Assembly (NCBI GenBank): GCA_965219415.1
Contig: CBDCNP010000002.1
Span: 3,712,001-3,776,000, forward strand
Length of the DNA stretch: 64,000 bases
DNA from: Candidatus Marinacidobacterales bacterium
GTDB taxonomy: Bacteria > Acidobacteriota > Vicinamibacteria > Marinacidobacterales > DATDRI01
Direction of reading: 5' to 3'
A program made the translations under genes and the position numbers. The notes under the pieces were generated by a model. That model worked only from the letters and a program-made list of their open reading frames with translations, had not been told where the DNA came from and ran no database searches. Below, piece by piece: positions 30,805-40,263 of the stretch. The number at the start of each line of letters is the position of its first letter. Position 1 is the stretch's first letter.

Positions 30805-32646
30805 ATGCCATCGAAGCGTTCGGATGACGAACGGCTCGGCATGTTTCGAGCCATCACACGGCGGGATTTTCTCCAAGGGACGGCACTCGCCCTCGCCGCA
30901 CCTGGTTTGGTGCGAGCCCAAGGGCAGGCACATCCCCCTTCTGGCTTCGAGGGCCAGGATGACCCTTCGACCGAGTGCGGCCACCGGGTCCGCGATGGGA
31001 TCTACCAGACGCTCCCCAGCGAAATCGTCGACACCGGCGAGGACTACGATCTCATCGTCGTAGCTGCCAGCCTGGCCGGACTCGCGTCGGCCTACGTGTA
31101 CCAAAAAGAACGTGGAGGTGAGGCGAAGGTTCTCCTGCTCGAGAATAACGACAACTTCGGCGGCCACGCGCGTCGCAACACGTTTCGCTGGAAGAACACT
31201 ACTTTGATCGTCAACGGAGGAACGTATGATCTCGAGGCGCCCGAGAGAGCACCGGCGGAGGCGGCGGAGATTTTCGATGACGTCGGTATCACAGCCGAAA
31301 GGCTAGTCGCTTTTCGGGACCCCGACTACCGGAAGCGCTTCGGCCTCTCTTCCACCGCGTTTTTCGACTCCCGTATTTATCCCGGCATCCGCCCGCAGTT
31401 CGTGCACGGGTTTCACGACATACCGTGGGAGGAGTTCTTCGCCAAGTCTCCCCTGTCCGAAGAAGTCAAACGCGAGCTAGTGACACTCTACACCACACGG
31501 AAGAACTATCTTCCCGGGGTTGAAGAACCCTATCGAGCTCTCGCATCGATGACATGGGAGGAGTACATCCGCGACAAGATGGGACTGGGCGATAACGCCG
31601 TGCGATTCTCGGATATCTACGCAACCGATCTCGGTGGGCTCGGCTGCGATGGGCTGGCCGGGACATACGGCTGGGAGCTCGGCCCGGGTTTTTTCGGTGT
31701 CCATGGAGAAGGCTTTTACGACGACAATGGCTTCATGCGGTACGGCTACCAGCCGATCCACCGATTCCCCGATGGGAATCATAGCGTCGCGCGTCACCTC
31801 CTCAAGAAACTGACCCCGAACGCTATCGATGGACCGGACACCGTCGAAGGTGTGTTCGATGGCCAAATCCATCCCGACCGCTTCGACACGGCGGGCAGCA
31901 ACGTGCGGCTACGGCTGCAGTCCACGGTGATACAGGTCAAGGAGCTCGATGGAGGGAGTCGCGGCGAGATCCTCTCTGCAGCGCCCGACGGTTCCGTTCA
32001 TTCGGTCAAGGCGCGAGGCGCGATCGTCGCAGCCTGGGGGATGGCTGCCAAGCATATCGTCCCCGACATCCCCGACGCGCAGCGCAAGGCGCTCGGCCAG
32101 TATAACTACGCGGCGGCGCTTTACATCAACGTCATGTTGCGCCAGTGGCGGCCGATCGCGGAGGCGGGTGCGTTCGAGATGTATCTTCCCGGCGGATACT
32201 GTATGTGGATGCACCCACTCGATCCGCTACACGTCGGCGACTACCGCCCCGAACATCACCCCGACAAGCCGACCATCCTTTCGATGTTCAAATACCTCCG
32301 CACGCCGGGGCTTCCTCCAGAAGACCAGATGAAGCTTGCCCGGTACGAGCTCGAAAAGAAACCGTTCGAAGACTTCGAGCGCGAAATCCGGAGCGAGCTC
32401 GAGCACATCCTCGGCCCGTGGGGATTCGACCCGGCCAAGGATATCCTGGCGATTACCGTGAACCGTTGGGGACACGGCTACATCGTGTTCCCCCATGCCT
32501 CGGTGGACGCGCCGCCTCAAGAGGCGGGGCGCGAAAGGGTCGGACGCGTCTCGTTTGCGGGTGCAGACGCCGGTGGAGAGCCGTGGACGCAGGCCGCCCT
32601 CCAGCAGGCTCATCGCGCGGCACACGAGCAGCTAGAGCTCGGCTAA
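30805..32646 (+). CDS. Tat-exported FAD oxidoreductase, spermidine dehydrogenase (SpdH)-like (paralog 1)
   Basis: RLGMFRAITRRDFLQG, FGGHARRN, RFPDGN, FDPAKDILAITVNRWGHGY; ATG at 30805 with GGAGAG RBS. Confidence 0.8.
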   Translation: MPSKRSDDERLGMFRAITRRDFLQGTALALAAPGLVRAQGQAHPPSGFEGQDDPSTECGHRVRDGIYQTLPSEIVDTGEDYDLIVVAASLAGLASAYVYQKERGGEAKVLLLENNDNFGGHARRNTFRWKNTTLIVNGGTYDLEAPERAPAEAAEIFDDVGITAERLVAFRDPDYRKRFGLSSTAFFDSRIYPGIRPQFVHGFHDIPWEEFFAKSPLSEEVKRELVTLYTTRKNYLPGVEEPYRALASMTWEEYIRDKMGLGDNAVRFSDIYATDLGGLGCDGLAGTYGWELGPGFFGVHGEGFYDDNGFMRYGYQPIHRFPDGNHSVARHLLKKLTPNAIDGPDTVEGVFDGQIHPDRFDTAGSNVRLRLQSTVIQVKELDGGSRGEILSAAPDGSVHSVKARGAIVAAWGMAAKHIVPDIPDAQRKALGQYNYAAALYINVMLRQWRPIAEAGAFEMYLPGGYCMWMHPLDPLHVGDYRPEHHPDKPTILSMFKYLRTPGLPPEDQMKLARYELEKKPFEDFEREIRSELEHILGPWGFDPAKDILAITVNRWGHGYIVFPHASVDAPPQEAGRERVGRVSFAGADAGGEPWTQAALQQAHRAAHEQLELG

Positions 32647-32672
32647 ACCTGCCACCGGCGTTGGGGCCAGCC

Positions 32673-33182
32673 ATGTCGCGGAAGAAGACCATCCTCCTGA
32701 GCGCTGCCCTGGCGGGACTCGTCGTGCTGGGCTTGGCTGGAGGGATGGTCTGGTTGAGCGAAGCGCGGGCCAGCCCGGAACAGCCCGTTGCCTTCTCTCA
32801 CCGCCAGCATGTCGAGAACAACATTCACTGTTCTTTTTGCCACTCCTACTACGAGAAGCACGACGCGGCCGGGCTTCCGCGCGTCGAGCTTTGTGTGACG
32901 TGTCATGCCTTCATGCCACAGGAGGACCCAGAGAGCCAGAAGCTTCTCGAATACGCCGACAAGGAAAGAGAAATTCCTTGGGTTCACCTGGAGCAGCTAC
33001 CGCAGTACAGCTATTTCAGCCACAAGTGGCACATCCGGGCCGGCCTCGAGTGCTCGGTCTGTCATGGCCCTATCGCCGAGAGCGATCTGGCGGCGCGACA
33101 CGTGGAGTACAAAATGGATTGGTGCGTGACCTGTCACGAAGATAGCGGCGCACCCGTCGACTGCATCCTCTGTCATACATGA
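32673..33182 (+). CDS. Membrane-anchored pentaheme cytochrome c (QrcA/ActA-like)
   Basis: N-terminal TM; PEQPVAFSH; five CxxCH (CSFCH, CVTCH, CSVCH, CVTCH, CILCH); YFSH and MDWC. Confidence 0.9.
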   Translation: MSRKKTILLSAALAGLVVLGLAGGMVWLSEARASPEQPVAFSHRQHVENNIHCSFCHSYYEKHDAAGLPRVELCVTCHAFMPQEDPESQKLLEYADKEREIPWVHLEQLPQYSYFSHKWHIRAGLECSVCHGPIAESDLAARHVEYKMDWCVTCHEDSGAPVDCILCHT

Positions 33183-33189
33183 GTTATTA

Positions 33190-35358
33190 GTGATGAAAAG
33201 ACGGGACTTCCTCAAGAGCACGGTCATTGCCGGGACCGCCGGCTCCTTGCTCGATGCGTGCGCGCCAGGCACCGAAAAAATCATTCCGATTCTGATCGAG
33301 GAAGAGGAGTTCATTCCCGGGGTCGAGGAGTGGTTGGCGACGACCTGTTACCAGTGTCCCGGTGGTTGCGGCCTGCTGGCTCGAAAGATCGACGGGCGGC
33401 TGGTCAAAATAGAAGGCAATCCGGCTCATCCTATTTCTCGAGGAGGCAGTTGTGCGCGGGGGCAGGCTTTACCGCAGGCGCTTTATCACCCCGACCGTGT
33501 GCGCTCGCCTCTCCTGCGCGTCGGTGGGCGAGGCGAGAACCGCTGGAAGACTATTTCCTGGGACGAGGCGCTCGAGCGGCTCGGGTCCGCTCTCAACGAA
33601 GTTCGGGAGAACGACGATGCCGACTCACTCGCCTTCCTGACCGGCGCTCTTCACGGGCACCGCGCGGAGATCGTCAGTCGCTTCTTGATGGCTTTCGGAT
33701 CCCCGCAGCGTCTCATCCACGAGCCGTTCGGAGACCAAGCAGTCCTGCAAGCGCACCGGCTGGCCACGGGCGTGGAGTCTTTCTTCGCAACCGACCTGGA
33801 GAACACCAACTACTTCGTTTCCTTCGGCGCGTCTCTGGTCGATGGCCTGCGATCGCCGGTCCGATTCGGGCGCGGGCTCGGGCATATGCGCCGCGGCCGC
33901 CCCGGGGCGCGCGCCAAGACAGTCGCTGTCGAGCCACGGCTTTCGTTGACCGCGGCGAACGCGGATGAATGGCTTCCGGTACGACCCGGTACCGAAGCGG
34001 CCCTAGCTCTCGGGCTCGCCTTCCTGCTGGTCCACGAGGATTGGATCGACGCCGAGCTCGTTCAAGAAGGAGCGCAGGGCTTCGAGGCGTTTCGAGAAGA
34101 CGTGCTGCCTCGCTTCGAGCCGTCTCGAGTCTCGAACGCGACGGGCATTCCCGAGAAGCAACTGCGGAGAGTCGCAAGAGAGATGGCCGAACACCGACCG
34201 ACCCTGGTCGTGGCAGGAGACGCGGCAGTATCGGGTCCGGCGGGCCTGGCGACGGCTCTCGCGGTCTCGCACTTGAATGCGCTTCTCGGGAGCTACGGAG
34301 CGCCGGGCGGGCTCTATGTGGATCCGAAGCCTCCCTTTACCGCTTGGCCTCCGGTCTCCGCGAAAGAACCGGCGCCCCTTTCTCTGGCCTCCGTCGCCAC
34401 CGAGCTTGCCAGTTCGGCCAGTTCGGCCAGTTCAAAACGTTCCATTGAAGTCCTCCTCGTCTCTGGAACCAACCCCATCCACACGCTCCCCGGGGCGTTC
34501 GAGTTGCGCGAAGCCTTTTCCCGCATCCCGTTCATTGCCGGTTTCACATCCTACCTCGACGAGACGACCGGCTTGGCGGACCTGGTTCTGCCGGAGTCGA
34601 CGCCCTTCGAGCGCTTCGACGACGACGTGCCTTCGCCCGGCGTGAGTATTCCGATGGCTTCTCTTTCCGGTCCACTCTTCGAGCGCCCTCTCTACGACAC
34701 CCGCTCGATGCCCGATGTCCTGATCCAGCTGGCCAATCAGTTAGGTGGTGAGATGGCTTCGGCCTTTCCCTGGCCGTCTTACGAGCAAGCGCTTCGAGAC
34801 GCCTGGTCCGGGTTGGGTGGCGCCGGGTCTTGGGACCGCGCTCTGAAAGAAGGTGGTTGGTGGGACACGACCTATTCACCGCGTGGCCCCGCCGGCCGCT
34901 ACCGGTTCGAGATCGGGCCGTTTCGCGACGCGCGAACCGACGCGCCCACCACCGAGCAAGAGTTCCCTTACTGGCTACACGTTTATCCTTCGGCGTCCTT
35001 GGGTGACGGCAAGAGTGCGAACCTGCCTTTCCTTCAAGAGCTCGCCGATCCCATGACGGGAGTACGCTGGGGGACGGTGATCGAGCTCAACTCCGAGACC
35101 GCCGCCGAGCTCGGTGTCGTGGAAGGCGCAATCGTGGAGCTCGAATCACCTCACGGACGGATTCGAGCCGCTGCGCACCTCACACAGGGACTTCGCCCCG
35201 ATGTCGTTGCGGTGGCCGCCGGACAAGCGCACTCGAGCTACGGTCGCTACGCGAGTGGGCGAGGGGCCAACGTCTTCGAGGTTCTCGCGCCGCACATCGA
35301 GCCCAGCTCGGGCGAAGCGTCGCTATCTTTGACCCGGGTACGGGTACGAAAGATCTGA
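33190..35358 (+). CDS. Molybdopterin-oxidoreductase-fold Tat lipoprotein (QrcB/ActB1-like)
   Basis: MKRRDFLK, lipobox LDAC, CYQCPGGC..C FS0 motif, KIEGNPAHP, DETTGLADLVLP. Confidence 0.88.
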   Translation: MMKRRDFLKSTVIAGTAGSLLDACAPGTEKIIPILIEEEEFIPGVEEWLATTCYQCPGGCGLLARKIDGRLVKIEGNPAHPISRGGSCARGQALPQALYHPDRVRSPLLRVGGRGENRWKTISWDEALERLGSALNEVRENDDADSLAFLTGALHGHRAEIVSRFLMAFGSPQRLIHEPFGDQAVLQAHRLATGVESFFATDLENTNYFVSFGASLVDGLRSPVRFGRGLGHMRRGRPGARAKTVAVEPRLSLTAANADEWLPVRPGTEAALALGLAFLLVHEDWIDAELVQEGAQGFEAFREDVLPRFEPSRVSNATGIPEKQLRRVAREMAEHRPTLVVAGDAAVSGPAGLATALAVSHLNALLGSYGAPGGLYVDPKPPFTAWPPVSAKEPAPLSLASVATELASSASSASSKRSIEVLLVSGTNPIHTLPGAFELREAFSRIPFIAGFTSYLDETTGLADLVLPESTPFERFDDDVPSPGVSIPMASLSGPLFERPLYDTRSMPDVLIQLANQLGGEMASAFPWPSYEQALRDAWSGLGGAGSWDRALKEGGWWDTTYSPRGPAGRYRFEIGPFRDARTDAPTTEQEFPYWLHVYPSASLGDGKSANLPFLQELADPMTGVRWGTVIELNSETAAELGVVEGAIVELESPHGRIRAAAHLTQGLRPDVVAVAAGQAHSSYGRYASGRGANVFEVLAPHIEPSSGEASLSLTRVRVRKI

Positions 35359-35371
35359 GGGAACGATCGAC

Positions 35372-36106
35372 ATGCCGAAATGGGGAATGGTCATCGATCT
35401 AGACCGCTGCACGGGCTGCGAAGCCTGCGTCGTCGGTTGCCGCACCGAGAACAACGTGCCCGTCGCTGGCCCCGAGGAGACCGCGCGCGGTCGGGCCACG
35501 GAGTGGATCCGTGTAGAGAGGTACGTAGAGGGAGACTTCCCGAACGTGAAGGTTCGCTTCAAGCCGGTGCTCTGTGTCCACTGCGACGACGCACCCTGTG
35601 TGAAGGTCTGCCCGGTATCCGCGACCTACGAAACCCCGGACGGGCTCAATGCACAGATCCATCCCCGCTGCATCGGAACGCGCGCCTGCGCCCAGGCTTG
35701 CCCTTACACGGTGCGCTACTTCAATTGGAAGGAGCCCGCTTGGGATGCTCCGCTCGAGCAGACGATCAATCCCGACGTCGCGGTCCGCTGGAAGGGCATC
35801 ATGGAGAAGTGTACCTTTTGTGTTCAGAGGATCCGGCGCTCCAAGGATCAAGCCAAAGAAGAAGACCGTCCCATCGCGGACCGCGAGATCCAGCCCGCTT
35901 GTGCGCAAGCTTGTCCGGCAGATGTGATTACTTTTGGTGACCTCGAGGATCCGGACAGCACGGTGTCCCAACTAGCGGACAGCCCGCGCGCCGAACGGCC
36001 GCTCGAAGAACTGGGCACCGGCCCGCGGGTCATCTACCTCAAGGAAGGAGATTGGCGAGCGAGTGCCAGACCGGACGCCAAATCCAACAATGGCCCAGAC
36101 CATTGA
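35372..36106 (+). CDS. Tetra-[Fe-S] ferredoxin subunit (QrcC/ActB2/NrfC-like)
   Basis: WGMVIDLDRCTGCEACVVGC, CVHCDDAPCVKVCP, CIGTRACAQACP, MEKCTFCVQRI, PACAQACP. Confidence 0.92.
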   Translation: MPKWGMVIDLDRCTGCEACVVGCRTENNVPVAGPEETARGRATEWIRVERYVEGDFPNVKVRFKPVLCVHCDDAPCVKVCPVSATYETPDGLNAQIHPRCIGTRACAQACPYTVRYFNWKEPAWDAPLEQTINPDVAVRWKGIMEKCTFCVQRIRRSKDQAKEEDRPIADREIQPACAQACPADVITFGDLEDPDSTVSQLADSPRAERPLEELGTGPRVIYLKEGDWRASARPDAKSNNGPDH

Positions 36107-37409
36107 AGACCCGCTGATCCGCCCCCTTAGTGAGACCGGCCGCGCATTCTGGATCACGGTCGGGTGCCTCCTGGCGGTCATGGCCTTCGGTGGCTACCAA
36201 TGGTATCGCCAGGTCCGCGACGGCCTCGCGGTGACGGGCATGAACCGTCCCGTCTACTGGGGGCTCTACATTACCAACTACGTCTTCTTCATCGGCATCA
36301 GCCATGCCGGCACGTTGATCTCCGCCATCTTACGACTCACCCATGCCGAGTGGCGGCGACCCATTACGCGTGCCGCCGAGGCCATTACGGTTTTTGCCCT
36401 GGCCATGGGCGCCAGCAACGTTCTTTGGCACCTCGGCCGTCCCGAGCTCATTTATTTACCTCTGCTGCACCCGCAGTTTCTTTCTCCCCTTATCTGGGAC
36501 GTGGTTTGCATCTCCCTATACATGGTGGCGAGCATCGTTTATCTCTACCTTCCACTCATCCCCGACCTGGCGCTGCTACGTGATCGTCTCCCACGACGCC
36601 GTTGGCTATACGCTCCTCTGGCGCTGGGCTGGAATGGGACACCGCGGCAACGTCGGGTTCTACACAAAGCGATCGGTGTCATGGCGGTGGCCATCATTCC
36701 CATCGCCGTCTCCGTGCACACCGTCGTCTCCTGGGTGTTTGCGATGACACTGGTTCCGATGTGGCACTCGGCTATCTTCGGTCCTTACTTCGTGGTGGGA
36801 GCAATTTTCAGCGGCATCGCGGCGATCTTGATCGCCATGGCCATTCTGAGGAAGGTCCTTCGCTTGGAAGCCTATTTTCGCCCGATTCATTTCAACAACC
36901 TCGGGCTCTTGATGCTGACGATGTCTTGCTTGTGGTTCTACTTCACGTTCGCCGAGCACCTCACGACGTGGTACGGGAATCAACCTGAGGAGATGGCGGT
37001 TTTCAACGCGCGGCTCTTCGGTCCCTTCGCGCCTCCCTTCTGGACCATGTTCGCCTGTTGTTTCGTCATCCCGCTCTTCATCCTGGCGTTCAAGCGGACC
37101 CGGACCATCGCCGGTACCGTGATCGCGTCGGTGTCGGTATTGGTCGGCATGTGGCTGGAGCGGTTCATCATCGTGGTCTCCTCGGCCTCGTTCCCGCGGA
37201 TGTCCTTCAACTGGGATCCTGGGATCTACACCCCAAGCCTGGTGGAGATCTCCATGACCGCAGCCCAGTTCGCGTGTTTCGCCTTGATGTACGTCCTGTT
37301 CTCCAAGCTTTTTCCCATCATTTCGATCTGGGAGATCGAAGAGGGCGAAGAAGAGGAAGCGATCCTTCAGGCAACCACACCGGTTTCGCCCACCGAGGTG
37401 TCAATCTAA
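36063..37409 (+). CDS. NrfD/PsrC-family quinone-binding membrane subunit (ActC/QrcD-like); start 36063 or 36090
   Basis: WGLYITNYVFFIGISHAGTLISAIL, HLGRP, SPLIWDV, GMWLERFII; about 10 TM. Confidence 0.9.
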   Translation: MPDRTPNPTMAQTIEDPLIRPLSETGRAFWITVGCLLAVMAFGGYQWYRQVRDGLAVTGMNRPVYWGLYITNYVFFIGISHAGTLISAILRLTHAEWRRPITRAAEAITVFALAMGASNVLWHLGRPELIYLPLLHPQFLSPLIWDVVCISLYMVASIVYLYLPLIPDLALLRDRLPRRRWLYAPLALGWNGTPRQRRVLHKAIGVMAVAIIPIAVSVHTVVSWVFAMTLVPMWHSAIFGPYFVVGAIFSGIAAILIAMAILRKVLRLEAYFRPIHFNNLGLLMLTMSCLWFYFTFAEHLTTWYGNQPEEMAVFNARLFGPFAPPFWTMFACCFVIPLFILAFKRTRTIAGTVIASVSVLVGMWLERFIIVVSSASFPRMSFNWDPGIYTPSLVEISMTAAQFACFALMYVLFSKLFPIISIWEIEEGEEEEAILQATTPVSPTEVSI

Positions 37410-39844
37410 TGTCTTCACGCCAAGCGAGGGTCGTCATCATCGGGGGAGGCGTCGGGGGCTGCAGCGTCCTCTATCACCTAACCAAGCTCGGCTGGACGGA
37501 CGTTCTGCTCCTCGAAAAGAACGAGCTGACCAGCGGCTCGACCTGGCACGCCGCAGGCCTCTGCACGCAGTTCACCGCGAGCTACAACATGATGAAGCTC
37601 CTCAAGTACAGCCTCGATCTGTACGGAACGCTCGAAGCCGGGACCGGACAGCCCGTCGGCTTGCATCGTTGCGGGAGCGTCCGTCTCGCCGTGTCGCAGG
37701 ATCGCCTCGACGAGTTCCACCACCGCGCGGGCATCGCAAAGTGTCTGGGCCTCCCTTTCGAAGTGGTCTCAGCCGAGCGAGCCCGGGAGCTCTTCCCGCT
37801 CGTCGACCTCGACGGAATCGTCGGTGCGGCTCACATCCCGACCGACGGCCACGTCGATCCGAGTGGCGTCTCGCAGGCGCTGGCGAAGGGAGCCCAATCC
37901 GCGGGTGCCGAGATCCTCCGGCACACCGCGGTGACCTCGATCGAGCGAGACGGCGATGCCTGGCTCGTCAAGACCTCGAAGGGCGACATCCGAGCCGAGA
38001 CCGTCGTCAATGCGGCGGGGCAATGGGCAAACCGGATCGGTCAAATGATCGGTGTCAAGCTCCCCATCGTTCCCCTCGAACATCATTACGTCATCACCGA
38101 GGATCTCGAAGCGATACGGGCGACGGACTCCGAGCTACCCGTTCTTCGAGACCCCGATGCTTCCTTCTACGTTCGAGCCGAAGTCGACGCTCTTCTCGTT
38201 GGCCCCTTCGAGCGCCACACGAAACCGTGGGCGCTCGCGGGAGTCCCCGAAGACTTTCACAGCCAACTGCTTCCACCCGATCTCGATCGGCTCGAGGATG
38301 TGCTCGCCGCCGCTGCCAAGCGGGTGCCGGCGTTCGGGGACGCGGGGATCAAGACCATCATCAACGGGCCCGATGCCTACACGCCCGATGGGCTTTGCCT
38401 CATGGGGCCGCTGCCGGGTGTTCCCAACTTCCACGTCCTGGCTGGCTTCAGCATCTTCGGCATCGTCTTCGCGGGCGGCGCCGGTAAGTACGGGGCGGAG
38501 TGGATCGTGAACGGGCAGCCCAGCGACAACATGTGGGAGCTCGATGTGCGCCGGTTCGGAGAATATGCGCGCTCGACGAAGTACGTTGCGGAACGGGCCT
38601 GCGAGGTCTACGGGCTCGAGTACGCCATCCACTACCCGGAAGAAGAGCGCCCCGCGGGTCGCCCTCTGAAGACGGGTCCGCTCTACGATCGCCTACTGTC
38701 GAAAGGAGCGGTGTACGGCGCGCGATTCGGTTGGGAACGCCCACTCTGGTTCGCCGGTGGCGCGAACCATGTCGAACCGGCACGAGACGAATACTCGTTT
38801 CGCCGAGGGAACTGGCATCGTGCTGTCGGCGAGGAGTGCACCGCCGTTCGCTCCCGCATTGGCGTTCTCGATCAGACGAGCTTCGCCAAGTATGAGGTCT
38901 CCGGACCCGGCGCGCGGAGTTTCCTCGACCGCCTCTGCACCAACAAACTGCCGGCCTCCATCGGTCGCATGGTCCTCACCCAGATGTGCACCCCAAGGGG
39001 CGGCATCGAGTGCGATGTCACGGTTACCATGATCGGAGAGGAGCGGTTCTACGTCGTGTCCGCCGCGGGCACCGACTTCCATGATTATTCATGGATCGCA
39101 GGTCACTTGCAGAACCGTGACTCGGTGCGACTCGAGAACGTGACCGCCAGATATGGGGTCCTGACGATTGCCGGTCCTCGCTCACGAGACGTCCTTCAGG
39201 CGATGACCGACGCCGACTGCTCGCGAGAGGCCTTCCGGTTTTTTCGATGCCAGAGGCTTCAGGTAGGGATGGCGCCGGTTCGGACACTTCGGGTCTCCTA
39301 CGTCGGCGAGCTCGGTTACGAGCTCCACCATCCCGTCGAGTACCAGAGGCACATCTACGATCTCTTGATGGAAGCCGGCCGGCGGTTCGAGATCGTCGAC
39401 TTCGGCTACCGGGCGCTCGAGGCGATGCGGCTCGAAAAGGCGTATCGGCTATGGGGCTCGGATATGTCGGCGGACTACACGCCGCTCGAGGCGGGACTCG
39501 ATCGTTTCGTGGACTTCGAAAAAGGCGACTTCATTGGCCGCGATGCCTTGCTCCGACAACGAGAGCAAGGCCCCGAACGCATTTTTGCCTGCCTTGTCAT
39601 CGACGAGACCGACGCCGATCCGCACGGCTTCGAGCCCGTTCTCGCCGACCAGCAGACGATTGGCTATCTCGCCTCGGGGGGCTACGGCTACGTGGTCGGG
39701 AAGGCAATCGGCTTCAGCTATCTTCCGCTGCAGTACGCCGTCCCGAGTACGGAGCTTGTCGTCGAGATCCTCGGCGAACGCCGGCCCGCTAAGGTGGTTG
39801 AACAGCCGCTCTACGATCCGAAGAATGAACGCCTTCTTAGCTGA
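37409..39844 (+). CDS. Dimethylglycine/sarcosine dehydrogenase-like flavoprotein with GcvT (THF-binding) domain
   Basis: TAATG coupling to the upstream gene; GGGVGG, SGSTWHAAG (covalent FAD His), GWERP, SYVGELGYE, RLEKAY. Confidence 0.92.
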   Translation: MSSRQARVVIIGGGVGGCSVLYHLTKLGWTDVLLLEKNELTSGSTWHAAGLCTQFTASYNMMKLLKYSLDLYGTLEAGTGQPVGLHRCGSVRLAVSQDRLDEFHHRAGIAKCLGLPFEVVSAERARELFPLVDLDGIVGAAHIPTDGHVDPSGVSQALAKGAQSAGAEILRHTAVTSIERDGDAWLVKTSKGDIRAETVVNAAGQWANRIGQMIGVKLPIVPLEHHYVITEDLEAIRATDSELPVLRDPDASFYVRAEVDALLVGPFERHTKPWALAGVPEDFHSQLLPPDLDRLEDVLAAAAKRVPAFGDAGIKTIINGPDAYTPDGLCLMGPLPGVPNFHVLAGFSIFGIVFAGGAGKYGAEWIVNGQPSDNMWELDVRRFGEYARSTKYVAERACEVYGLEYAIHYPEEERPAGRPLKTGPLYDRLLSKGAVYGARFGWERPLWFAGGANHVEPARDEYSFRRGNWHRAVGEECTAVRSRIGVLDQTSFAKYEVSGPGARSFLDRLCTNKLPASIGRMVLTQMCTPRGGIECDVTVTMIGEERFYVVSAAGTDFHDYSWIAGHLQNRDSVRLENVTARYGVLTIAGPRSRDVLQAMTDADCSREAFRFFRCQRLQVGMAPVRTLRVSYVGELGYELHHPVEYQRHIYDLLMEAGRRFEIVDFGYRALEAMRLEKAYRLWGSDMSADYTPLEAGLDRFVDFEKGDFIGRDALLRQREQGPERIFACLVIDETDADPHGFEPVLADQQTIGYLASGGYGYVVGKAIGFSYLPLQYAVPSTELVVEILGERRPAKVVEQPLYDPKNERLLS

Positions 39845-39858
39845 CGCTCGTTGCTTCC

Positions 39859-39911
39859 TCACCGGGGATCACCGGGGACCCGTTTGGTGCAAAAAGCGAG
39901 TCGACTCGATG
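39859..39911. repeat. Solo IS terminal repeat preceded by a 10-bp tandem duplication
   Basis: CGTTTGGTGCAAAAAGCGAGTCGACTCGATG (39881-39911) is 30/31 identical to 40264-40294. TCACCGGGGA x2 at 39859-39878. Confidence 0.75.
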
Positions 39912-40225
39912 GTGTTGATCAGTCTGATTTCCTGATGGGTAAGTCGGAGAAATCCGCTCGAGAGTCCGTCATCATTTACATCGGCAACGAGCTTTTTGGT
40001 GTGAAATGGCGCAATTGGAAATTGCTTCTCAAGGAAATCGATGAACACAGTTATGCGATCAGAACAATGGCTTATCCAACAATCTACAATCTGCTCGCAG
40101 ACCCAAAAGAAGAGGTACCCGAACTCAACTATCTCCCTGACACCTGGGTAGACTTTCCCTTGTACCAAGTTTTAGAAGATCACGAAGCATCGATTGAAGA
40201 AGATCCTGGCGCTCCGGATCCGTAA
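39907..40225 (+). pseudogene. Arylsulfatase C-terminal fragment
   Basis: DGVDQSDFL..GVKWRNWK..IYNLLADPKEE; no N-terminal catalytic domain. Confidence 0.7.
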
Positions 40226-40263
40226 GAACCGAATAATGAGTAACCGTCGACGTCCGCTTTGCG

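Noticed and set aside
32145-32672. Long N-terminal extension of the cytochrome ORF
   Set aside because: Arg-rich shadow of the upstream flavoprotein; the real protein starts MSRKK at 32673.
34408-34434. 9-bp tandem repeat (GCCAGTTCG x3) in the QrcB-like gene
   Set aside because: In-frame ASS linker expansion; unit changes would not shift frame, so not a phase-variation switch.
37058-37408. 928-aa ORF suggesting an N-terminal extension of the DMGDH-like protein
   Set aside because: The extension overlaps the NrfD gene in another frame; the TAATG junction at 37407-37411 gives the natural start.
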